From: Diplonema japonicum
Lineage: Eukaryota; Protista; Euglenozoa: Diplonemea
DNA length: 64,000 nucleotides
Reading direction: 5' to 3'
NCBI GenBank assembly: GCA_964019335.1
Contig: OZ025673.1
Coordinates: forward strand, 372,001-436,000
A program made the position numbers and the translations under genes. Each line of letters opens with the position of its first letter. The stretch's first letter is position 1. The notes under the pieces are model-generated. The model searched no databases, had not been told where the DNA came from, and was given only the letters and a program-made list of their open reading frames with translations. This document shows, one piece after another, positions 20,543 through 30,640 of this stretch.

Positions 20543-22039
20543 TCAGAAGGTTAATGTGAATACAGCGACACCGAAGCCACGGAGGGTGAAGGGGGTTGTT
20601 GTAGGTGTGTTGGGAAGCTCGCCATAACATCCGGAAGTGCAACTGAAGGAGTCCCCCGTGGTCTGATCGACGTAAACAACAGAGTAGGAAGAAGATGGGA
20701 GATAAAGCACAGAATCGCTGTCTGCGGTGCTGACTAACAACAGCTTCCGAACCGATCCCACCGTGAACGCCTGCGCCGTGACATTCTGGACAAGGGGAGA
20801 AACATATGTATTATGCGCCGTCTTTGTCCCGTAAGGGAACGCGTCGATGAGGACCTTAAGGGTCCAGTACCGTGCGTTGCCGTTGCCTGTGTACCAGTCG
20901 ACCATTGAGGTGGAAGGCCATTCGTCGGTGCAGTTGGAACACAATGATTTCCCGGTGAAACCTATCACCTGCGACATCCCAAAGTGTTCTACTTGCAGCG
21001 GGCTCGCCTTTGCAAAAAGATACGCAAAGTTCGCTGCACACAACATATAGTACCCCTCCACAAAAATCGATGACGAAGCACATCCAATTTCGTTAATAAA
21101 CGTCTGCGTCGATGGGCTGTACGCCTGCTTAATACCCTCAATGGTGGCAACCTCATTGACAAACGTATCCATAGCAGGGAAATATATCTCGGCCATGTCA
21201 TCAAGAGTGTCGGACGATCCAATCACGTACTGGTGGTAGCTGATGCCGTCGAGGGGGATGTTCGAAGGGTTGTGGTTGCTTCTGTTGAGATGATGGGTGT
21301 AGTAGTCCAACTGGTTGTGCGTCCCCTTGGCCAAACCGATAAACTTCGTCCCGGGCATGATCTTGACCAGTTCAGTAACGATCGCGTCGTACAGCTGGTC
21401 ATAGTACTGAGGGCTCAAACCGTGCTCGTAAGATGGCTCGTTGAACACCTCCCACCACTCAAAGGTGTAGTTGTACCCTTTATGCCACGCCCCGCACTCA
21501 TCGGTGAACCCTCCTTTTGTGTAATAACTCGCTAGCCTTGTGTAATATCCGGTAATTTCTTTGAACGATTGGTCGCGAAGCTGCATTCCTTGCTCGTAAG
21601 GAACATCTCTTATATTGACAGGTGGAACTTGTACACCGGATTGCCACATCCATTCCGGGGATGTTGCAAACCCCGCTACCATAGGGTGTCCCGAGGTTGA
21701 TTCCATCAATGCGTTTGTAATCGGGTCCATGTAGGTGAAATTCCAATATGTTGTGCATGTCCCGTTCATATGAGGTTCATACAGCTCAGCCACCGCAAGG
21801 CGTGGGTATGGGAACCACGGGACATGTCGCATGTAGTCTGCCTGTAGGGCCTTCATGTTCGCGAAGACTGTTTTGCTTATGTTGCTCGTTCCTTCCAAGG
21901 TGTCCATTCTGTACTTTGGGTTGATCGATGTTTGGTACGTTGCGTGGGAGTTTGTTTGAACCCCGCTTTGCCAATCCACCGTCACGTCGCTGCACAGACA
22001 TCCCGCTGCCAGAAGCGGGAAGAGCTGGTAGCTTTTCAT
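20543..22039 (-). CDS. Secreted glycoside hydrolase, clan A (GH39-like), intronless
   Basis: Signal peptide, WEVFNEP acid/base motif, DGISYHQY, and FINEIG nucleophile motif. Confidence 0.78.
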   Translation of the reverse strand: MKSYQLFPLLAAGCLCSDVTVDWQSGVQTNSHATYQTSINPKYRMDTLEGTSNISKTVFANMKALQADYMRHVPWFPYPRLAVAELYEPHMNGTCTTYWNFTYMDPITNALMESTSGHPMVAGFATSPEWMWQSGVQVPPVNIRDVPYEQGMQLRDQSFKEITGYYTRLASYYTKGGFTDECGAWHKGYNYTFEWWEVFNEPSYEHGLSPQYYDQLYDAIVTELVKIMPGTKFIGLAKGTHNQLDYYTHHLNRSNHNPSNIPLDGISYHQYVIGSSDTLDDMAEIYFPAMDTFVNEVATIEGIKQAYSPSTQTFINEIGCASSSIFVEGYYMLCAANFAYLFAKASPLQVEHFGMSQVIGFTGKSLCSNCTDEWPSTSMVDWYTGNGNARYWTLKVLIDAFPYGTKTAHNTYVSPLVQNVTAQAFTVGSVRKLLLVSTADSDSVLYLPSSSYSVVYVDQTTGDSFSCTSGCYGELPNTPTTTPFTLRGFGVAVFTLTF

Positions 22040-22240
22040 GAGTGGATTCTAATTCTTTTTGTGTGTGTGTGTGTGTGTTTGTGTCGCAGGCAAGTGATAA
22101 TAAAATATTGAACTACAAAAGACATCAGTCTTTTTCTTTTTTTTTGCCCCCCCTTTTTTTTTCTATACAAAGAACACGCGGTTTGGCGCACGATTTCTCT
22201 CTTTTCCCCCCCCCCCCGTTTCTGATTTTTTGGTGTGAAG

Positions 22241-22275
<35 letters not shown>

Positions 22276-22276
22276 A

Positions 22277-23235
22277 TCACGCGTCCTTCGTCCTCTTCCA
22301 TTCATCAAAGCTTTCCAAAAGAGCGCCGTTCACGACGCTGGTCAAGATTCTTGCAGAAAACCCTGCGTAAAGGAAGCCTCTTAGCCCTGTTGAGTTACTG
22401 CTACTCAACGACAAAATGTCACTATAAGAAGTGTTTCTACAAGAAGACATCAAGTTACGCCTGATGGTGTCGACAGGGTAGGACACCACTGACCCCATAA
22501 GTGAGATCATCTGACCGTGCGCAAAGCGTGAAAAACTGCCCAACTGCGCCCATTTCTCTTCCCCATAGAAATCCTTCACAATGTCCCACCCACCAAGCTG
22601 CACACCACGGAAGATCATCAGCCCAGGAGCATTGATGAGAAATCCTCTATAAAACCCCTTAAGCCCATGGTGCCCATACACCTCTTTTACCCCGTTCCTC
22701 CATGAGCCAGAGTCTTTCGTAGCCAGCTGCTGTCTCACAACATCAAGCGGGTAGCCCCATATGAGGGAGTTTATTATCCCTGTGGCGGCTCCCCCACAGA
22801 CCTTGCTTACGAAAAATCGTGGATATTGCGTTTGCCGATCGTACCTGTGCGGTGTAAGGTGCAACGGGATTGTAAATAATACTTTGGTGAAAGGAACGTG
22901 AGGTAGTCCTTTAGGAACAATATAATGTACTGAGAGGGGATCCATCTTACAATTGTTGGTGTGGCTCCCTTCCATGCTGAAAGGTAGCCTTCTGTTTTCA
23001 TATGCGACATGGTGTTGGCAAGGGACTGTGGAATTTTGGGAAAAAAAAAAATGTTGGATCATACCGAAAATGATGCTCGTTCGTAGGTTTTGTTCACGTG
23101 CTGGGTTTGCATCAGAAGCCGGACCCTTTCCAAGGGGTAAGCCGCCAGCTTGATCCCAATCGGAATGGACTGCAGTTGAGCGAAATATGCCACCGCCTTT
23201 ACATAGCGTGTACCTGGGATTTCTGTTTGCGCCAT
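22277..23235 (-). CDS. ADP/ATP-carrier-like divergent paralog, 3 exons, no snoRNAs
   Basis: YPLERVR, YPLDVVR, YPVDTIRR. Introns 23026-23064 and 22845-22882 are at the same positions as host introns 2 and 3. Confidence 0.9.
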
Positions 23236-23854
23236 TGTTGTTTTTTACCCCTCTATATTGTCCGGGATTCTATTAAACTCATATGGATCCCTTGTTTTCC
23301 TATTTTTCTTTTTTTTTTTTGATTTTGAAACAATGAGGAAAGATTTTTTTTTTTAATAATAAACGATCTAAAAAGAAGAAAAAACGGGCGGTGAGGGGAT
23401 AAATCTATCAGGAGAAGAACGGAGAGAAAAAAAAGAAAAAAAAAAACGCTTATCTGAGGGAAAAATTATTTTCTTTACTTTTCACCTCAGAAATAAAAAA
23501 GGAAAAATAAAAAAAGAAGGAAAACTAAGATTGTAAAAATACATTTTTTTTTTTTTTTTTTTTTTTTTTTCATTCTCTTTCTTTTTTATACTTTTCCTCC
23601 AGTGCCTCTTCAATAGAAGAGGGTTAAGAACAAAGGAATTGAAGGGAAGAGACAAAAAAACAGCACAAGTAGGAAAGTCTGTACGATTCTTCTTTTTTTT
23701 TTCTTCTTTTCTTCATCGTTTTCATTCTTTCGTATTTTTTCATCTCTCTTGGCAACGCAACGGCATGTCAAAAAAAAAAAAAAAAAGAAGTACTAAATTA
23801 GTACCATAGATATCTAAAATAAAATCTTAAAATCGGAAAGAAAAGAAAATAGGC

Positions 23855-23886
<32 letters not shown>

Positions 23887-23994
23887 AAGGTAATTTGGAC
23901 AGAAATTGATATCAACTTACTACTAAACTAAAACGGTTTTGCAAACAGACAAGGTTGCCAGTTCAGGCAGTGTGTAAGAGATGGGTGGTCAAAG

Positions 23995-26323
23995 CTACGC
24001 GTCCTTTGTCCTCTTCCACTCATCGAAGCCCTCAAGGAGTGCCCCGTTCACAACACTCGAGAGGACCCTCGCAGAGAAGCCAGCATAGAAGAAGTTCCTG
24101 AACCCCCCTGCTGTTGCAACACCCGATCTGTAGACCTCACTGTAGGTGGATCCAGTCGCACTCATGAGGTTCCTTCGCACGGTGTCCCAAGGGTATGAGA
24201 ACACAGACCCGAAAAGGGAGATCACCTGTCCGTGGGCGAAGCGGCTCACACGGTTCATCTTACCCCATTCCTCACCGTAGTAGTCCTTCATGAGGTCCCA
24301 CCCACCAAGCTGCACACCACGGAAGATCATCAGCCCAGGAGCGTCCATCATGAAGCCTCTGTAGAAGCCCCTCAGCCCACCCTGCGAGTACACATCCTTC
24401 GCAGCTTTGCCCCAAGTGCCCTGTGGATGTTGTGTTGTGTTGGTCATTATTTTCTTTTTTTTTTTGTCCATACCGAGTTCTTTGTTGCCATCTGCTGTCG
24501 CATCACATCCAAGGGGTACGCCCACACAAGGGCGTTGATGACTCCGGTTGCTGCCCCTGAACCCACCTTCCCCACTAGGTACATCCCGTACTGCTTGTCC
24601 TTGTTGTACCTGTTGTGGGTTAAAAGAAGTCCCCCCCCCTCCAGTGTTCATAGGGCAGCAGCGGGAGTTAATCCCATTGAACAACAAGGAAAACAGCCAA
24701 GACTCATCCAAGAATATTAAGGTAGAATGGTTGCTGGTATCAAGAAACACAAATATCTTGTGTCTTCAAGCCAAATGCCAAAGTTGATAATCATCGGCTA
24801 ATGTCCCCCTCCCACCCCCCCCCTTTTTTTTCTCCATTGTCCCCCTACATTTTGAAATTATCTCGGGCTATGAGGTGGCAGCTAGACGTACAAAGAAAAA
24901 GGAATAGCTGTGTTATATACATCCCTTTTCTAATGTGTATGAAGAAGCAAGACTCATCCAAGAATAATTAAGGTAGAATGGTTGTTTGGTATCAATAAAC
25001 ACGAATGTCTTCAAGCCAAATGCCAAAGTTGATAATCATTGATCTTTTTGAACTAATAAATCCCTCAAAGGCCCCCACCCCCCAAGAGTGCATCAGACGA
25101 GAACAGAGGAAGAAAGAGAGATGTGAAAAAGATAAGAAGGCAGATGTTGTTCATGTCATCCAGTAAAATTAAGGTAGAATGGTTGTTTGGTATCAAAAGG
25201 CACTTAGTGCCTTCAAGCCAAATGCCAAAGTTGATAATCACCCATGAAGCACACCACAGCTGACTAAACATTCAGCTCGCAGGTGGTCGTTGGTTTTGAA
25301 GTTTTCTTGGGCTATGAGGTGGCAACTAGACGTACAAAGAAAAAGGAATAGCTGTGTTATATACATCCCTGAGCAAGACAAACGGACCTGTGTCCCAATC
25401 ATCAATTGGGAGAACAGCCAAAGACTCATCCAAGAATAATTAAGGTAGAATGGTTGTTTGGTATCAATAAACACGAATGTTTTCAAGCCAAATGCCAAAG
25501 TTGATAATCATCGGCCTTTTCTCCTTCATTACAGTTTGTCTCTCGGGCTATGAGGTGGCAGCTAGACGTACAAAGAAAAAGGAATAGCTGTGTTATATAC
25601 ATCCCTGAGCAAGATCAGTAGGTTCCTTCTCCCGAAGTAAAGTAAATTCACTATGATAGGAACGAAGTGGTTAGCAACGGCCCGCCAATAAAGTTAACGA
25701 GTCAGATCTATGGGTGGAAACTAAGAACAGCGGTATCAAAGGTGCGGAGTGATGTTCACAATAGCACCACCACTGGGGGCTGTGCTCTATGAGGCCACTC
25801 CTACCGCAGCACTACTCAAACCAACCAAGTGGAGATTGAAAGCCGCAAAAAGTGGGAAAACAATAGAAAAAAAGAAAAGAAAGAAGAAAACATACACAGG
25901 GAAGTGTCCACTGAGGTGGTCCTTCAGGAAGAGAACAATGTACTGGGAAGGGAGCCACCTCACGATGGTGGGAGAGGCCCCTCGCCAGGCTGCAAGGTAA
26001 CCCTCGTTTTTCATGTGCGAGATCGTGCGACCGAGGGACTGTGATGGGTGATATATCGTTTTCAGAATAATAACATACGTTGAAGTTGGATCCCTCAAAT
26101 GTCTTGTTCGTGTGCTGTGTCTGCATCAGGAGCCTGATGCGCTCCACTGTTTGTGGTGGTAAGTTTAATTTTCATATTTCTTTCATCATCTCATACTTGG
26201 GTAAGCCATCAGCTTGAAGGTGAACGGCACAGACTGCAGCGCCGCGAAGTGTCCCGCCGCCCTTGCGTACTTCATCACAACAAGCTCAGCAGGCACAGCA
26301 GTCGCATCAAGTTTAGCACTCAT
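23995..26323 (-). CDS. ADP/ATP-carrier-like copy 3 (5 exons; snoRNA host)
   Basis: Near-identical to copy 1 with intact frame. Intron 3 is 24610-25895 and intron 4 is 24421-24473. Confidence 0.9.
24699..24799 (-). ncRNA. Box C/D snoRNA family A
   Basis: Family A boxes and guide. Confidence 0.83.
24858..24926 (-). ncRNA. AGA-box snoRNA family B
   Basis: Family B hairpin plus AGA. Confidence 0.78.
24949..25043 (-). ncRNA. Box C/D snoRNA family A
   Basis: Family A boxes and guide. Confidence 0.83.
25154..25244 (-). ncRNA. Box C/D snoRNA family A
   Basis: Family A boxes and guide. Confidence 0.82.
25302..25371 (-). ncRNA. AGA-box snoRNA family B
   Basis: Family B hairpin plus AGA. Confidence 0.78.
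25421..25518 (-). ncRNA. Box C/D snoRNA family A
   Basis: Family A boxes, guide and terminal stem. Confidence 0.85.
25538..25607 (-). ncRNA. AGA-box snoRNA family B
   Basis: Family B hairpin plus AGA. Confidence 0.78.
25704..25831 (-). ncRNA. Long AGA-box snoRNA family C
   Basis: Matches the copies at 14108 and 16734. Confidence 0.72.
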
Positions 26324-26452
26324 TTTCTTTCAGATTTCTAGAAATATGGAAACTGTGGTAATAATTTTATATAAAAACAGCACAAGGGGAAGAATAATAA
26401 TAATTTATTAATATAAAAAACTACGATTCTACCTAAGATCTCTATAACTAAT

Positions 26453-27721
26453 CTACTGAAGGTCTTGAGGTGTTATGCCGTACTCTGCGCACCTCTGCTC
26501 GATGGACGCAGTGAGCTGCACTATGTAGTCATCTGTGGGTTCCATGACACCGGTTAAGAGAAGACGGTCCCTGTTGGCAACTTCTTTTTTGAGGGAAGTG
26601 AGCGCATCCGGTGGGAGGTTGAACGTAGTGGGATGGGGAGAAGAGGCACCACACGAAGAAAGCGACACACCAGGGGAGGGTGGTTGGGAAGGGTCCGTGG
26701 GAACCGAGGCAGAGGGAGATACAGGAACAGGTTGCTGAGATGGTTGTTTCGGTTTCTTCTTTTTTTTAGGCTTTTTCTGTTTGACCTCGGCTTGTATCGC
26801 AAGTTTCTCTGCTAGCTCAGCTTCGACGAGAAGGGCACGGAGCTCTTCCACACCTGACATCCCTTCCATGGTCTTACCAGTTGGACGCACTACTGGCTGC
26901 TCATGGGCAATCACTGTCTCCTCTTGTACCCTCTCACGTTGTGTCAAGTGCCGTACTGCAGCGGCTTCTTGCAGTGCCTGTGCCCTGCGAAGCGTGTTTC
27001 GTTCGTTCTCAAGAGTCTCCATCTGCGCCTTGTGAGTGATCTTCAGAAGGTCGTTGTAGTCAGATGCTATCTTCTTGATCTGGTTTTTATGCCGTGCAGA
27101 GGTTGCGTTCGCCTTTTGAAGTTGTTCTTCTAAAAGAATCTTCTCCTTTGACAGTCTTTGCGTCTCTTCAAGCAGCTGTAAGTGCTGTTCGTTAGGCGCC
27201 GCGGGAAGCAGAACCTTCTTTTTATACTCGGAGAAGTCCGTGCAGACAGATGCAAACTCTTCCTTAACGGTGTCCAGTTGCGATCTCAAGGTTTGATTCT
27301 CCATCTGGAGCTCGTTGCTCTGGGTTTTGAGAGCCTCCAAATTGAAATATTGGACCTCGTTCAGATGCCTTGTTTTGTCCTCCGCCTCCCTCACTTTTTT
27401 TTCGTAGTCCAGAACAAGGGCAGATTTTTTTCGGTTGAGCTCGACTTCGCGTTGGCTGACCATGTCTTCCCTCTCTTGGAGCGCTTCTAGGGTTTTGGTC
27501 ACGCGTTGTGACAGCCCTTGGACCTGTGATTTTTGTTTTTCAAATGCTTCCACCCTCTCGCGTTCCCTCCGTGCCATGTCCTCTTCAAATCGTTTGCACA
27601 GGTCCAACCGTTCCTTTTCGATCAGGGTTTGAAACTTCTTCTTCTCCTCGGCCTTCCATACCTCCAAGTCCCACGCCGCCTGGTACTCCGGGGTGTCGCG
27701 GACGGAGGGGGGTACGTCCAT
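26453..27721 (-). CDS. Coiled-coil protein resembling the CEP120 C-terminal region (no C2 domains)
   Basis: PEYQAAWDLEVWK...RERERVE resembles the start of the CEP120 coiled coil. Confidence 0.6.
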   Translation of the reverse strand: MDVPPSVRDTPEYQAAWDLEVWKAEEKKKFQTLIEKERLDLCKRFEEDMARRERERVEAFEKQKSQVQGLSQRVTKTLEALQEREDMVSQREVELNRKKSALVLDYEKKVREAEDKTRHLNEVQYFNLEALKTQSNELQMENQTLRSQLDTVKEEFASVCTDFSEYKKKVLLPAAPNEQHLQLLEETQRLSKEKILLEEQLQKANATSARHKNQIKKIASDYNDLLKITHKAQMETLENERNTLRRAQALQEAAAVRHLTQRERVQEETVIAHEQPVVRPTGKTMEGMSGVEELRALLVEAELAEKLAIQAEVKQKKPKKKKKPKQPSQQPVPVSPSASVPTDPSQPPSPGVSLSSCGASSPHPTTFNLPPDALTSLKKEVANRDRLLLTGVMEPTDDYIVQLTASIEQRCAEYGITPQDLQ

Positions 27722-27821
27722 GTGCCCTTTTTTTAATTATAAAAAAGAAAATAATAAAAAAACGGAAAACGACAATACACACACACAAAAAAAAAAAAAA
27801 AGAAGAAGAAGGAACACTCTT

Positions 27822-28863
27822 TCAACCTTCGGTGTCCTCATCAGCGTTCACTTCTTCGCCTCCGCTTTCGTCGTCCGAGAAAATGATGGCGTTGACGGGG
27901 CGGCGCCGGGCGTTCTCGGGTGCTTCAAGGAAGACGTTGAAATGCCTATGTTAAAAAAAAAAAAAAGATTTTTTCCCTCCCTTTCGCATCAATATACTTT
28001 GGTTGAGGTCTCCCCCCGTTGTTCAGGAGATCGTCATCGATTTCAAGGACGGCTGCCTTGTTCTTGCACCGGTAGCAGTAGTTGGGGGCGGACCACACTG
28101 TTGCACACTTCCCGTTGAAAAGTATTTGGTACCCCTTCGAACACAGCTGGTGGGCTCGGGCTAGGGAACCCAGCTGGTTCACGTGGAGAAACCGGTTCAC
28201 GATATCCTCTCCAAAATTAAAACCAGCCCCCCGGACACTGATGGAAAACCCATCCGTAATACTTTCAGGGTCCGACCACATAAGGTCAGAAACAGGACCA
28301 TCACGAGGTACCTCTTGAAACCTGTTTATAACTCTGATATGGTCCAGCTTAAGCAGCGATGGGGACAAGCCCCCATGAACCGCGAAAACCTTGTTCTCGA
28401 TAAGAGCAGATATTGCAAGGCAGTCGAATACTTCCATTATAGCTGTCCATTCAGCAGCGCCTCCGTACTTTGTAAGGCATTCCGAGTAGAAGCCGTAGAC
28501 CATCGATGTGGATCTAGTTTCGTGGTTGCCCCGAAGAAGCGTTATTCTGTGCGGCCATCGGATTTTATAGCACATTAGCAGTGAAATAGTTTCTATGCTG
28601 TAGTAGCCTCGGTCGACATAGTCCCCTAGGAAGAGGTAGTTCGTGTTGGGGAGCCAGCCGCCTACGCGGAACATCTCCAGGAGGTCCCAGAATTGGCCGT
28701 GGATGTCTCCCACTACGGTGACGGGGCTGGGCACTACCACTACGTTTCCCTCTTCCGATAGGATTTCGCTGACCTTGTTGCAGATCCAAACCACCTCATT
28801 GCCCGAGAGGCTATCCCCTGTGGTGGTCAGTCTTTCGATTAATTCATCGACGTTCAGAACCAT
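27822..28863 (-). CDS. PP2A-family Ser/Thr phosphatase catalytic subunit (PPG1/PP4/PP6-like), 2 exons
   Basis: GDIHGQ, GDYVDRG, RGNHE, RAHQL and SAPNYCYRC motifs. Intron 27946-27997 adds HFNVFLEAPEN...TEG*. Confidence 0.93.
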
Positions 28864-29348
28864 CTTTTTTTTTTAGAGCATTGTCCGGTGTGTGTGTGTT
28901 TTTTTTTTTTCTTTTTTTTCTTTTTTTTCCCTTCTTTTTTTTTCTCGCTGTCTCTTTTTTTTTTTTTTTTTCTCAAGGATTCAGAATGGTGTCAAAAATA
29001 CAGGAACAGGTTGACAGAAAAAAAAAAAAGAAATGAATGACTAAAAAGGAAAAAAAAAAAAAAAAATGGGGGATAAAAAAAGGAAGGAAATAAAACGAGC
29101 GGGAGAAAGGGGGGGGGAAAAAAAAAGAGGGGGGGGAAAAGGTGGGCGAAGGAGGCGGGGGGGGGGGGGGGGGGGTGCTTGTTTACAAAAAAAGATAGAA
29201 CAAAAAATAGATTTTCTTTTGAATTTTCTCCTAATTCGTTCTCCGTTTTTTGTTTTTTTTTTCTTCTTCTTTTCCCCCTTTTCCTTCTCCCTGACCCCCT
29301 CCCATTTGCTTTTTTTTTTCTTTCTTTTTTCGTACTGCGGGAGGAGGG

Positions 29349-29394
<46 letters not shown>

Positions 29395-30603
29395 ACTATG
29401 GCAGTGTATGTTATTTGTGCGCAAAAAAGCAGATTTTATACCAAATCGGCCACGTAGTGTGTGAAGTTCCGAAGAAGAAGAAAAAAAAAAAAAGAAAAAA
29501 AATCTGCATAAAGACCAGCCAACCGCATTGCCAAATAGTTCTTCAGTACTACAATATATTATTGTAAATACAAATAAAAGAGGAACGCTGGCCGTTGTTT
29601 GTACGTGCCGGGTAAAACCTGGAGAAGTTTGTCAAACCCGAAACACGTTCCCCTTTTGTTTAGACAAGTCAAAGACTCGTTCTTGCAAAAAAAAAAGGGC
29701 GGGGGGAGGATAAGAGGTATAAAAACAAGTAAAACGTTTAAGCAATAGTAACGGGGGGGGGGGGACATTTTTAAACTCAAAAAAATAAAAAGGCAATCCC
29801 ACTTAAGTAGAGAACCCCCCTCCCCCCCCCCCCCCTACTTACCGGAATTCTTGATTTTTCAAAATATGAAAAAAAAGGGGGGGGAGACCGGGTGAAAATA
29901 AAGTGGGGAAGAGGGAAAATGATCGGGATACAAAAATTTCAAATGAATAAAAAAGTGGGAGGGAGGATGGGGGGACAAGAGCTTCTGCTTGACATGACTG
30001 GTGCAGTGTGTGGAAGGCTGAATACGTTCTTTACTAATTCCCCCCCTCCTTCCTTTCTCCCCTTTTTTTTTTTCCCTCTTTCTTTCCCCCCCCTCCATTC
30101 CATGTCTTCGTGCTCTACAAGTAGGAGAAGGCAGTAGAATAAAGGACAAAAGAAAAAAAAGAAACAAGGGAAGGAAGAAGTAAAGGGGGGGGAGTACATT
30201 AAAAAACGAATGCAAGCTGGGTACGAGAATGGTCACATAATTTCTTTTTTGCAAGCTAACAAAAAAAAGGGGAGGGGGGAGGGAGAAGGGGAGGGGAGCA
30301 GTTTCTTTTTCTTTCCCCCCCCCCAACCCGGAAGGGGGGCTAATAAAAAAAATCTTTTTTATTCCTTCCTTTCGTTTTTTTTTTCTTTTTTTTTCTTTTT
30401 TTTGATTCTTCTTTTCTTTATTCTTCCTTTTTTTTGTTCTCCCCCATTTTTTTTTTTTAAAACCTTGTGGGATGATGAAGACAGGATGGGGGGGAGAGAA
30501 AGGGGCAGAGAAGTATTGACTAACTTTTGCTTCTTCATATGGGGTTTCTTCGAACGAATATGAAACATTTTTTTTTAAAATTTTTTTTTTTATTTTTTCA
30601 AAA

Positions 30604-30634
<31 letters not shown>

Positions 30635-30640
<6 letters not shown>

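Noticed and set aside
27727-27826. Possible intron fusing the phosphatase to the CEP120-like ORF in frame
   Set aside because: Donor GTTGAA is atypical here. The spacer is U-rich like a trans-splice acceptor region, and both genes look complete.
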